Shown here: positions 26,298 through 39,100 of the stretch, one piece after another
Layout of the letters: every line of letters starts with the position of its first letter
Position numbering within the stretch: the first letter of the stretch is position 1
Assembly: GCA_000708835.1 (NCBI GenBank)
Contig: DF236971.1
Span: forward strand, 251,838 to 315,837
DNA from: Klebsormidium nitens
Lineage: Eukaryota; Plantae; Klebsormidiophyceae
DNA length: 64,000 nucleotides
Reading direction: 5' to 3'
Notes under the pieces: generated by a model
What the model saw: only the letters and a program-made list of their open reading frames with translations
Databases searched by the model: none
What the model was told of the DNA's origin: nothing
Translations under genes and position numbers: made by a program

Positions 26298-29200
26298 CTA
26301 GCGTAGGTCGTTTTCCTGCTCGCTCTCATCGACAGCGTCATCCTGCGGGGCTGGCACGTCCCCAAAGTCTAGCGTCTTCGGCGACCCCATTAGCGACTTT
26401 GCACCGGGTGACGTCGCCTGGTAGCCGCCCTCCCGTTCCTTCCGCGCCGAGCCGCCCTCCCGCCGTTTCGTTGCGGCGGGTGCTTTTTCCGCTGCGAGTG
26501 GGGCGTGAACTAAAACCGGCATCGCCCATTCGGCCCTCTCGATCCTATCCTGCTGTGCCCGCCTATCTAGTTTCGCTCCGTCCGTTCGCGCCTGCGGCGA
26601 CGCCAAAAACTCGAAGCGGAGCGTCCACTTGACGTCGACCAGGGGGGTCGTAAATGACTGTGGGGCGTCCCCCGGGATGGTGAAGATAAAGTGGGTGTGA
26701 ATGAGGTCGGCGGACAGCTCGTGGTACTCGGTCTGTACCTTTGGGATGATTTGAGAACCGGAGGGGCCGCGGCGGGAGGGGTGCAGGAAGGACGGGGTGA
26801 CGATTTCTTGCGTTTCGAGCGTCACTGACACCTGCGGATGGAGGGAGACAAGGACAGGGTCAGCAGAATCATAAACGCGGCGCAAAATGGTGAATTCTTT
26901 AAAGCCAATCTGGTTGAGAAAGTCGAATGGGTGTCGAGATCTACGGAAGCAACCCACGAATCTGAACCGCAGCATCTCCGCATGGCCTCTTCAAAACGTG
27001 GACAGAACAGAACAGAGGAGTAAACGCCGTTGTCCGACAGCCGCAACTTTGTAGGAGATCGTCTCGACATTCCGTCGACTACAGACTATGTCAGTCGGCA
27101 TCAGTGTTAGGTTGGCTAGGGTGAAGCATGCCGTGTGTGTGAAGTCAGCTTTGTTCAAGAAACAATTCTTTGACTTGGTTCATTCCTATAGTCTTAATCT
27201 TCTGTTTGGGTAGCTCAGTTGGTTAGCGAAAAGGACTGAAAATCCTTGTGTCGGTGGTTCAAGTCCACTCCCAGACAAGAATGGCTCTTCTCGCCTTGCG
27301 TGGGAGCAGTCAATTATAGCTCTTACACTAGATGACCCCAGGTGACCAGAGCCCCGCCGGCACAAATCCGATACCGGGAGAGAAGACGAGAACAAGGAAT
27401 CGGTAAGAACATGGACAGAGAAAGGGGCAGGAAAGGAAAATAGCAAACAGTCCGACCTTGAGACATCGCCGCTCGCCGGGCCGGTGGTCGCTGAAGTCTA
27501 GGGTTCCCGAGACTGCGTCCCCCAAAGTGTAAACAGGCTCCGGGTTTCGCGGAGAGAAGCGGACCAGCAACTGGTCCCCTATTCGGATGTTGTACGTCCT
27601 GCAAAGAACGGCCGTCCATTGAGGACGCCACCGTCCGAATGTTTGAAAGCAAAGGTCCTCAAGTAAAAGCAATAAAAGATTGCAGTGTTGACGCAGCTCT
27701 TCCTCACTGCAGAAAGACTCAGGCAACGGAAAGCAACCTTCCAACCCATGCATCTCCGACGCTCCTTGTAACACACCAGACGCGTCTACTAAGAGACAGA
27801 ACAAATGCGCAGTGGATACATCCGCAAGTGCTAGCCGTCAGGTTAATTGCGCTGTGCATCGGACGGAAAGAAGCCCAGCGAGCGTCCATTTGAGCAGTCT
27901 CCAATCGAACTTCGACCGCGAAAAGAGGGCGTGAAGACGGCGCAATCCTGCAAGTACTCGGTCTTGGCAACCCGGTTTACAGAACCAAACAGGCGGCCGC
28001 TCTCTGCTTGAAAGGGTGAAGGAACCTCTTGAAAATGCTCAGTTACCTTCCCCTTATAGCGGAGAGCAAAGGCGAGGGGGGCGGGGAGGACATGTCGTCT
28101 GAGTCGTTCCGCGCTAAGATGCCCGGAGCGGGCGGAATGGGGGTGCTAGTGAAAGCGCGCAGGTCGAGGGAGCTGGCCCGCTCTAGTTCGGGGGTGCCGT
28201 TGCCGCTCTTGGACGCAATGGGGGCGTCCGCCAGCTCTGAGAGTTAGGGTGGGAGAGGATGAGGGAGATCTTTAAGCAGGACGTCCGGAGAGTTACTAAA
28301 GATAATGTCCTGGCTTCCTTACTCGCGGTTCCTCTTCCTGATTCAATCAAATGATTTTCTTGTTTCTTCTTGCCAATTGGCATCCAGCGGAAACCCATAC
28401 TGTGGACACTTACTTTCCTGAGGGGAATGAGAGGTGAGAACAGCAGTGGACTCCGTCACAGATCGGCAGAAGCAGTCTCAGGGCAGCCTTGGATGACGAG
28501 AAGGACTCGACATCCCATTCTCGCCAAGCTCGCAAACCAGGGATTGATTCCCGGACGTTCAATGTTCTCGTGACGGTCTTAGAAGTCACTGGCAAAGCTC
28601 AACCCAGCAGTAAAGCAGGATGAGCGACGAGAGCGGGCACCCTTATGGCGTGGACCGTGGGGGACTGTTCCGTGGAGATAACAAGAAAACGAACAGACTC
28701 AAAAGAGTCGTGCCTTGACGTTGGAGGCCAGTTTCGGAGCACGTTGCACCAACTCTTGACAGGGACCAACAGACCGTGCTAGGAGCCACACAGCTTCACA
28801 CCTTGCGAAAACACACTGCGATTGCCATTACATTCATTAGAGCCAGAATGAGCAGTCAAGCCGCGAACCAAAGCGCAGGCAAGAATGGACAAGCCGAAAA
28901 TCTCAACGAAGGTTTCGAGAATAAAGTGGTTATACCTGTGCCGTTGGACTGCGTGCGGGATGCGGGGATGCTTTGCGACCCTCCTAGGAAGAAGGCTGAG
29001 GGGGATCCCCGTGAATCCAGTGGAGATCCGGGGGGGAAGGGTGTCCGGTCGACCGGCAAAGAAATTGCTCTCAAGGTTGGGGACTTGGCGGGGACTTCTA
29101 TAGGCTGCGAGGCGGAGGCTTCGTTTCGGGGGGGTGGATCACCGTCGTCTTCCTCCCCCCCGGAGAGGGCCTCGGCAGCAGCAATCCAATTCGACCGGGC

Positions 29201-31794
29201 GGTCTTTTCGCGGCAGAGGATGCCAATCTCGACCGGGCTGGTCGGGACGATGCCTGGAGAATTGAAGTATCGGGTTATGAGTAAAAGAGAGCCCGTCGCT
29301 CACAAAGAAAAACTTCTCGGCAAGACTTGGCAAAGGCAAAAGGCAAAGCCGAGGGCCTTGACGGAGGGGAAACTGACCCGGGCAATGCCGCCGATGAATC
29401 CACAAGAACCTATTGCTCTCAAGAGGAGCTGCCGCAATGGAACAAGGGAGGGTCTCGGGCAGAAAGCGGGCCAGAGAAGAAGGGGACGAAGCGGAGATGG
29501 GTGAAGGATCTGAAGCGGCGGATGTGGATGCTTTTTCAATCTTAGAGCGCCTGAGCAAACCAAGCGATTGGTGAACGGCTTGTTCGAGGCTTCTCAAAAT
29601 ATGGACTTTTGCAAAAAGTCTGATCAGGCTTGCATAAAAGGGCAGCATATGCTTGACCAAATGGAGCAATGTCTGTTGAAGATGGACTCCGCTTCTTTCC
29701 ACAGTGCTCTTCAAGCGAAATCAAAAGCATGGACGCTTTGGCAAGGCGGTTCTTGCCAAAGGACGAAATCGAGGAGCTGCGACTTGGTGTGACAGAAGCG
29801 AAACCACCAACGGCCGGTCTGCACGTCAAGAAGGAGCAGCCTATTGATACTTTAAAGTGATGCGCTTGGAGACTGGGTATCCGATTGCTGATACAGAGAG
29901 TCAATGCATGGGATCAGATACACCCGCCGTAAAATTTGACCAATTCGAAATAAGTGCAAACAAGTTACTACACTCAACGGCCACATCTATCCTTGAGAAA
30001 TTAGGCGCCGCAGAAGCTGAATGCATGTCTAGATTCGTAAAAAGTGGAAACAAGAGAGTAGGAAAGCGCACCACCATCTTCGTAGAGCTCGATGCCATCC
30101 TCCGCCTCCTCGCCGAGCCCGCTCGCGCCTGGCAGGCTCCAAACTCTGAAGGGCGCCCGTTCGACCTGAAACAGACGGGGTCTGGTTTTGGGTCCAATCT
30201 CACGATGCCATTTCCGACATTTTGGAACGTTTAGCGAGAGATGCAGCCAACCAAGCGAGCCTGCAAAATGCACCCCAGCTTTCCCGAAAAACGAACAGTG
30301 TGCCGCAGTTTCTCACCACTGGGAGCGTGCTCTGTGTAGGCTGAACGGAGCTACTGGGGTCGTCAGCCGCCATGACGACAGGCCCATAAGTGACAGTGAC
30401 GACGATGAAGTAAGCATAGCGCAGAGCGGTGCCGCGGTAGGATGGTGGCAGGACTTTGGGGAGAGTGGCCCTAATTGCCCCTGTGAGAGATGACCACCGA
30501 AACATAAGCGTGCGAATGAACGGTCAGTAGATGTCTACTGATGTCTGATACCCCTTCAGACAATCAGTCAATATCTGAATACCCCTGCAAACAATCAGGA
30601 GATGTCCGACTACCCTGCAAACGATCAATAATTCACTGATTGCCCCTGCAAACGATCATTGAGTTCTGATTACCCCTGCAAATGTTGGACAGCGTTCTGA
30701 GCAGAAGACCAAGCAGTAGATGAATATTGTCAACGCTGGGCGGTGTGCGATAAGGATGCAAGCAGATGGAGAGCGACAATATGAGAGAGGAGACTCCGAG
30801 AACGGCAGTGAGTCACTCGGACGGTATCTCCTGATGTGAAGAAGCCCCCTGAGAGAATGCTTCTTTTACTCGAGCTGCAACATCCAGGTGACCTCGGCTT
30901 CTCACATTTTTGTAGCCAGCAAGCAATTGAACAAAAGGCCGCCAGGCATGTATCCAGGAAGGAAGAAGTACAGGGATCGTTGAAGAAGGGATGGTGCTGA
31001 AACGAAATTGGCGGTGTTTCTCAAAACTCACATGTTTTGGTGCCTCCTGGTTTCAGAAGCAGGTTTGAGGCAAGAGGTGTCACCTCGGATGTCAGGATGA
31101 GCCGCTCTCCTGATGATGGAGACAAAGAGAACAAGTGTTAGCAAACATGATTGGATCATCTCACTGCCAAATGGCACATGCTGCTTATTTGTCCCCAGTG
31201 TTTGCTTCTCATAGATTGTTGACAGGGCGTTGAAGGGTCTGGTTCAGACTTGACACATTATTTGACATCTGCACTCTACTGACAGTAGGCAAATACGAAG
31301 ACTTGCACCATTGGCACTGCAGTGAACGCACTGCAACTTTCAAGAATTCAGCTCAACCAATCACTCGATGCGACTCCATATCTATCCTGCGGCGCAAGGC
31401 GCCACCACATGCCCCCCCAATTCCACGCACGCTTCTATTGCACTTCAGCAGACGAAGCACACAGCAGGGCGAATTGCTTACCCCTGCCACCTCCACCCCC
31501 GCTGACCTTTGGCGTCATAATCCATGTCGGATCCACCTTCTCCATCCCCCTGATCTCCACAGACACGTCCTTGATAAGCACCGCATGCTGCAAGTCTGCC
31601 ACGGCCGAGCTCTGAGAACCACCGTTTGGCGTCCTCGCCTGAGAATGCTGCACAAACCGCTCATTGTGCACGTCGATGGAAGCGATCACTTGCTCCCCAG
31701 GGCGATACGCCGGTCGGCCTACCGTGATCCTGACGGAGGGCGGAGGGGAGGCGCTGCTCTTGGGAGGCGGGCCGGCAGACTGAGATTTGAACAT
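26298..31794 (-). CDS. RGP1: RGP1 (RAB6A-GEF complex partner protein 2 / Ric1-Rgp1 subunit), ~10 exons
   Basis: N-terminus PSVRITVGRPAYRPGEQV...EIRGMEKVDPTW (31794-31482), then RATLPKVLPPSYRGTALRYAYFI, GIVPTSPVEIGIL, RTYNIRIGDQLLVRFSPRNPEPVYTLGDAVSGTLDF (27598-27457) and QVSVTLETQEIV...FIFTIPGDAPQSFTTPLVDVKWTLRFEF (26831-26298). Some internal exon borders are approximate. Confidence 0.88.
27204..27277 (+). tRNA. trnF: Mitochondrial-type tRNA-Phe(GAA), D-stem damaged; probable NUMT pseudo-tRNA in an RGP1 intron
   Basis: Acceptor stem GTTTGGG/CCCAGAC, anticodon arm AAGGA-CTGAAAA-TCCTT and T-loop GTTCAAGTCC. The D-stem 3' strand reads GCGA instead of GAGC. The sequence resembles plant/green-algal mitochondrial trnF rather than cytosolic tRNA-Phe. 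Confidence 0.75.
30541..30686. repeat. Intronic minisatellite, ~29-30 bp unit, ~5 copies
   Basis: Recurrent ctga..acccctgcaaac(a/g)atca motif. Confidence 0.75.
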
Positions 31795-33164
31795 TATGGC
31801 GTGTCTCTAGAAGGCGCCTGCACTGAGCTGGGTAGCTGCATTTCCAGGTTGCGGGGCCTTTGATGATTTGAGCGTTTTACAAACTAAACATTAGAGTGCC
31901 ACTAAGGATGCACTCACAAGCCAGCAGGTTGTTCCCCTGTGAAGTGAATCTGTTTGGCGGGAACTGAGACCGCCGCCCGATCACAGGTGCTCCTGCCACT
32001 CCAGAGCTGGCTTCAACTTTATAGAACTTACATCACAGATTTATCCCACTCACTGAACTGCGCTGATGCAGCGAATCGAGGCAAGGTGCAACGTTCAAGC
32101 GCCCTAAATTCCTACTCAACGTTCTGAGAATGTCCCAAACAGCAGAAGAGAACTGGACAGAGAAGACGCCTCCGATCACTCTCATCTGCACAAGCTTCTT
32201 GAAGCAGAATGTGAGTTGGAAGTGGGCTGATGATCGCTGATCAATGACATATTTTGTTGTATGGCTGCAAAAATCTCATTGTATCTCGTGAAAGTGGTGG
32301 GTTATGCTCCGAGCTGCCGCGGTAGACCCTCATAAGAGTACAGGAAAGCAGGCGCGTACGGTATACGGTACAGCCAGGGGGACCAAACGCCCCAGGTAAA
32401 TAGGTTAGCAACATGAACAGTGTTCCAGCAGCCAAACGGCTTATTGCCCGGAACCGAAAACTGGTGGGATTGAACCTCCACAGGGTCACCTTCGAAACCC
32501 CGAGGTTTCGTGTCCGGGCAAAACGCCGCTCAGGAGATGTAGAGGGCTGGTTTAGGTGGGTTTCACAGGCAAAAACCCATTAACCTTCTTCTAACAATCT
32601 TCTTAACCCTCTCCTGAGACCAACCGAGGACCGCAGCGGCCTCGGGACATCAAAATGAACCAATCTTGACCGTCAAAGTGGAAAATTTCTCATCTGACGG
32701 TGCGGTACACGGTTCACGGACTTTGAGTGGCGTTTGGTCCCCCTAGGTACAGCCGAGACTGGCGTGGACTGGGGCCTTCTCAATCCAAATTTAGCTTTGG
32801 CCGAGTGTGTTTTTTTATTTTCGAAAGCATGTATATAAGTGCACTGATAGAACGGCTATAAGCAAAGAAGACACAGGCATGGTCTACATAACCGGGCTGC
32901 CTTCGATCCGCTATAAAGTATAAAACAGTCTGCTACAAATTGCGAATGTGGAAGACATCTTCTGAACATGAATTTTGGACCTTTAATTGTAGGCAAAAAG
33001 TAGGGGCAAAAAGTCGAGCTGCTCGTGCATTTCAGGTTGTTTTCAAACAAGGTCTACCGTAATAATATTAGGCTTGAAGCAAGGAAGGTTAGAGCAGCAA
33101 TGGAGGCTGCTGTCTCCCCTTGTTAGAAAGAAGGACGAACAGAAGACTGGAAGATCAGTAGATT

Positions 33165-36100
33165 GTGCTCCTTGCAGCTGCCAACTCTCCAGATGCCGCC
33201 GTTGCTCCACACGAAATAATGCGCTCTCCTCCTGAGCTCATCATGCAAGGGCCAGCAGAGAAAGTGCCTGCTGAGGCTGGGGCACTGATGGGACATTTGA
33301 AGCAAGCATTGAAGTGCGTCTTTCTAGAATCAGCCCATGTATCAGGAGCAAATGCGAAGCCTGCTGCCGAAGCGGCTCTCGAACGTGCGGTTCCGACAGT
33401 GGAAGGATTTCTTAAACTAGCCAATGCGGGTTCAGCCAGCAACGGAGACACGCACGCAACGCAGCTTGGCGGAGAAACCAGGGCTTTGAACGGCAACAGG
33501 GACGCCGCGTCTGCAGCTCCCCTAGCGATTGGCATTCTTGGCGGAACCACAACGCTTCCTGGCAAACTCTCTGCCGTGGCAAACCTGTGTAGCATTCTAG
33601 AGCAGATTCTGCAGCATGGCCTCCGCCCAAGCGTCTCGGAGGGGGGCTACGGACTCATCGGGGGGGTCATGGGGGGCTGGCGGAGAGCCCCCTCCCAGCA
33701 GCCGCCCCCAGGTGCCTGGCGTTTCCTGGAGGCCGTGGTTGCTGCGCAACCTGCCGGCGGGGCGTTGGCTCAACCGAGGGAGGTTACAAGCGCAACCGAA
33801 AAGTCAACCGAAGCCGCAAACCCCTCAGCAAACGAAGGGACAGAAGATGCCGTTTCAAGTGGCAAAAATGGTGATTTGACCGCCTCTTCATCTTCTGGGG
33901 GGGAATGCGCAGGGGTTAGAGAGGGCTCCCATTCCTATCCCCCACTCGCTAGTGGCCTCGCGCAAATCAGAGCGGTTGCTGGGACCTCAACCGACTCGGT
34001 TAGACTTCAGGCGTTACTTCGTCTGGGACTCAGCTGCCGCTGTCTAGGGCCGTGGTTAGCAGAAGCGCTTTTGTCTCCGACTGCGCAAGGGGCGTCCGGC
34101 AAGGGGGGTTTGTTGGCCCAGCTGTACGACGAGATTGCGTTTGTGCGCAGCCATGATAACGTGGAAGCGTTAGTGGCCACGATGATGGCCCTGGGGCCGC
34201 TGCGTTTTGACGGTTTGGAAACGGGGTTTAAGGAGGGTTCGGGGTTGGTTAGGGAGTCGGGCCATGCGACGACCGAGGGGCCGGCGGACGCGCCAGGTGG
34301 TGCCACGGGAGCAGGCGTTTCTGAGGGGCTAGGGTCTGGGGCGAAACTTTCTGAAAGCGGCCAGAGTGCTGGAAAGGCAGCAGTCTCAGCGTCAGGTAAG
34401 GCCTGCTTTATGGAAGAAGCGATGACTATTTTGATAGAAAAGTCACAGGGCCGTTCTTCGCACCTTGTTTCGCTGTCGAACTTTTGCGTACATCAGGGCT
34501 CTTATTTATTTTCTGCCAGGCATTGTCCAAGAAAGACTAGCAAAATTACTCTTCTTTTCAAAGGAAATCATTCTTATTCAGCACCACTGTCAAGTTTAGA
34601 CGAATAGGCTTCAATCCCAAAGTGCGATCGGTGTGTACATCTTATCAAGCACTGGGGAACTAGCGAAGGATCCACCACAAGATTCTCACCACTTTGCCTG
34701 CCACTGGGTTCCGAAGTCATGTTCAACCTTTTTTTCTTCCATCCAGGTGGCGTGCTTAACACCGGCTGGTCCACCCTGACCTCCGTTGGGACTGGCGCAG
34801 CTTCGCTGGTGTTAGAAGGCGGCAGCGCTGCCTCGGGCCTGTGGAAAACTGTCAACTCCACGTCTCAAAACTGGGGCACCTTTGCGGCCTCGCGTGTGCT
34901 CCCGAAACCGGCCCCTGCTTTGAGTACTGGGCCCAAAACCGCGTCGCCTATTGGGGTTCACAACAGCATCACAGAGGGGGGGCAACTTGGCAAGGAAGGC
35001 ACCAGCTCTCAAGCCCCCCAAACGGACGGAGCCGGTGTCCGGGAAAACGAGGAACTCACTGCTCCTCTGGAGGAGAATTCGAACGAGAGTAACGGTTCGG
35101 AACCAGCTGGGTCTATTCTGATTCCGGGTCAGGATATGAATTTGCAAACTGAGGTGTCCAGAAAAAGTACCGGAGGAGAGAAGCAACCAGATCTTTCCCA
35201 GCCAGGGTCGTTTCTCCCGACGGTGGCCAATAAGGCCGCGACAGCTGTCACGGCGGCGGCCTCCACCATCTCTGAAGGTTCTCTTAAGCCCATGTTCAGT
35301 TACCCCTTCCGGCGGCCCTCCTCCAGCGGGGGGGCAGAAGCAACTGGTCGGCCCCCAGTCGCCTTACCCCCCACAGAGGCCATGACTACGCCCGGTGCTG
35401 GCATGATCTCTGAACGGCTCTCTTCCGCAAATGAAGCGATGCCCGCCAACTGTGCAGACGATTTGGAGACAGTGAAGCCCTCCAACTACGCTGAGACCGC
35501 AACGAGATTGGGCTTTTTCTTCCCATTTCAACGGCCGTCTTCGAGCGATGGGGTGGGGGACAGGGGCACTTCGCAACCGGCTTCAAAACCCTTCTGGCGG
35601 CGCTTCTCCAGTGGGAGCGAGCCAACAAGCAGCGGGTTTGACGAACTGTTTCCAGAGGCGGAGTTCGGTAGCAACGAGAACGGGGAGGTTTTGCAAGCGG
35701 GGGTGGCGGACGGGCGGGAGAAGGACGGTTTAGATTGGCTGAGAGCGGAAGAGCACGTCGGGGGTTTCGATCCCGGAGGGGGGTCGCTTACGGGTGGAGG
35801 TAAGCAAAGAGAAGAGGTTCAGAGAGAGATTCTTGCAGAGGGACACGGCGCTAATCGAAGCGCGTTTCAGGGACTTCGAGGTCGAGGAGCGGCCCCTGCT
35901 GAGCAAAAGGGGGCTGAAGAGCTGACAGGCAGCCACTCAGCGGCATCCGGAAGCAGAAGCGGTGCGTTTGAAAAGTCAGGAATGGGCACGGGGAGCCAAA
36001 AAGGGGCGTCTGAAACTCGGGGAGGGGCGTCCGAAAGTCAGAAGGGGTTTTTCAATGATTGGGCTGGACAGGGGGTCGTCGTCGGACGAGAACAGAACGA

Positions 36101-39100
36101 AGAAGGACGAGTGCCTACTCAGCTAACGGCTCAAACGCCCGCTCGGCCCTGGTCCGAATCCTGGGCACCGGGATCGCTTTTTTCGGCAGCGGGCGTCAGC
36201 GTCAGGAACGGGGTCCTCGCACCTCAGGAACTGCTCTCGTCCGTGGTCTCCAAAGGCTGGCCCTTCGGAACCGGTTCTAAACCCAGCCTCCCTCTGGAAA
36301 GCTCTAGCAAACCCCCGAAAGTAGCGGCTAATTTTCAAGTCCAGAATCAGGGCACAGGGCTCGTAGAGTCCAAGTCTGGCTGGTTGGGGGACCAAAACGC
36401 TTCTGCGAAAGGCCCCCTGGGGCGGGTTGGTTCTGAGCGGGGGGCAGGAAAGGCTGCGGAGAGTGACCCCCAGAGCGACGCGAGCGTAATAGTGTACAGC
36501 AGCGGAGATGACTCGTATCAGAGCCAGGTCCCCAGTCCCCAGCAACTCGCCAGCCTTCTCGGGCCGGGGGCTGAGGTACTGATTCTCGACGGGCGGTCTG
36601 GGGACGAGTTGGAAACGGAGCCGGGGCTTCGAGGGGGGGGCAACCAAAAGGGGGGGGTGAAAACCGCCTCGAGCAGCGAAGACGATCTGGAGTCGGACCT
36701 GGGCGCGATGTTGGGAGGGAGGTTGTACCGACGTAAGCAGAAACGCCTGGAAAACAAAGGGTTCTCGTTAGAGAGTGAGACTGGACCGCTCCTAGCGGAG
36801 GGGGCAGCGTTGCACTGGGGCGGGCCTGAGCTTGCTGACGTTCTCCCAGGGCTTTCGAGTGACGTCACGAGGGGTGGGGAGTTGAGCGGGGACCCTGGGG
36901 ACCTGAGCTTCAAGCACCTTCTGGCGCAGCCCGAAGTTGCGGACGGGTCTGAGCCGGACGCTGGTATGTCGTCGGACGCTGCAACATCTGCGGACGCTGT
37001 CAGGTTTCCGGACGGCAGTCAACTGCCTGAAACTGGCGCGTTGGGCGGAAGTCCGCTGGGCCACGGGACGGAATTTGACGCTGCCAAACTCTCGGGGGCT
37101 GCCCAACACTCAGACGTTGTCCGATCTCTGTCCGAAAGTGGCGCGCCGGACGACGGGCCCCTGGTTCACCGGACAGATTCGGACGCGGCGCGGGGGGCTG
37201 CAGCGGGTGAGAGCGTGGTGGGCGTCCGGAGCCCCCTGTTCAGGCTGGCCAGCGACTCGACGACCGGGGATGCGAGCCCACGAGCGCCCTTGGACGCGGT
37301 AATTATTTTTGGCTTTGTGTTTTGATTTCCTGAAATGGTTGGAGTCGTCGTTTCCTTGAGCATAAAGACGAATCCCAGCAGGTCGTTATGGAACACAGAT
37401 AGACACCCCGTTTCGCACAGCTAGACACCCCCCTGGCATCGAAAGACAGTCTTTCGTGCATTTTGAAAAGCCTTACCCCAAGGATTTCATTGGAAAGACC
37501 TTTTCAAGCAATCCTAAGAGGCGTGCAAGAAAGAGGACCCCACAAACAGGTTCATTGACATGTTTTAAAGGCGGCAACTATCTACCTTTCCCAGACAAGT
37601 TTTGTGGCCGTTTCATTACAGCTTCGCGGGCTGCTAACTTTGGACGACGGCTACTTGGACAATGATCCAACCATCTCTAATCGCTGAGCGACCTTCGTGC
37701 GTGATCTTCAAATGGCTGTTGTCTCAAGCCATCTCGAGTCAGATAGAGGTTTCCGGACAGCTGTACGGTCCGCTACCTGGGCGATGGCTACTAATGCGGA
37801 CACATTTAAATCCCGCTTTGCTCCACTGCGTATTTCTCTTTTCCAGAAGTCAAGGTGGTTCTTCCTCGCAATCCTCATATTTCAGCATCTTCCCTAACGT
37901 CCGAAGGCAGGTTTTGGCCAGCTGTGCGGTCCGCTCAATCTGGACGTCCGCTCAATCTGGACGACGGCTACCTGGACACGTTCTATCTAAGCAGCCCCTC
38001 CGGAGAACCATATTCTTCTACACGCAACGTGGTTTTCCTCTCACACGTCTTCATGGAGTTTTCACAAGTTTCAAGCGTCTGTCCCAATGCACGTATCCGG
38101 ACAGCTGTACAGTCCGCTTAATCTGGAAGACGGCTACCTGAACACGACTTGATCAGGTTTATCCGTCATACGACCGGACCACGAGCCCGTTGTTTTCTCG
38201 AACAATCGGCTTTTGTTCGTCCGAACGCAGGTCTCCGGACAAGTGTACGGTCCGCTCAATCTCGACGACGGTTACCTGGACATGATCTAGCAGTTCCTGC
38301 TCCACTGCACGATCAGCCATTGCGGAAGTCAAGGTGGTCCTGTCTCGCAAGTCCCGTCTCAAGAAACTTCGAACCTCCTCTTTAAATGCAGGTCTCCGGA
38401 CAGCTGTACGGTCCGCTCAATCTGGACGACGGCTACCTGGACATGGTCACCGACATGGAGGACGTCCTCCTCGACACTGACGGCGGCTCGGGACTGTCAC
38501 GTGCCTCCAGCTCCTTTGGCCACGTGGCGCACCCCTCGTCGTCCCGGGTGCCAGGTGGCGGCTTCCGGAGGGTGGAAGTGGTGGGCGTCCGCTACGTTGC
38601 GACCTCCCCGTCTGAACGTGCGCAATTCCCGTCCGAGAGAGTGAACTTTGCGTCCGAAAGGACGAAATTAGCGTCCGGAAGCCCGTTTTCGGACGGGGGC
38701 AGGAAGGGTCCGCAGAAGAATCCCGGGGAGGTTCAGCTCAGGCAGACGAGAGGCGGGTTTGGGGTTTCTGCGGAGGCGGTGCGGACGCAGGAGTTGGGAA
38801 CAAATGCAGCGGCGTTGATGCAGCCGCTCACAAACGAGTTGACTACGTTCGAGTCAAATGACGGAGAGGGTGACCACTCTCCTTCTCGACAAGCCGGGTT
38901 TAGTGGGTCGGCAAACCTGGAGGTGGAAGTATACGAGGACCTTCTGCGGGGCAGCGACGATGAGTTCGAAGACTCCCCGCATGGCAAGAGCCCTTCGGAC
39001 GCTCGGACGCTTCGTGTCGAAACCGCGTCGGACCTGCGGAACTTTCTCGGTGGGGTGGAGCGGAACGGAACGGACGAAGGCGAGCGCGGCTTGTCGGGGG

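Noticed and set aside
28776-29504. 242-aa plus-strand ORF as a gene nested in RGP1
   Set aside because: Largely the antisense shadow of the RGP1 exon GIVPTSPVEIGIL...SNGT (~29258-28936), with no motif of its own.
32480-32800. Possible MITE upstream of the RGP1/RUN-PX divergent pair
   Set aside because: Small palindromes are present, but no terminal inverted repeat or TSD could be defined.
37641-38445. CRISPR-like or mobile repeat array
   Set aside because: The units are degenerate copies of the adjacent acceptor and exon start.
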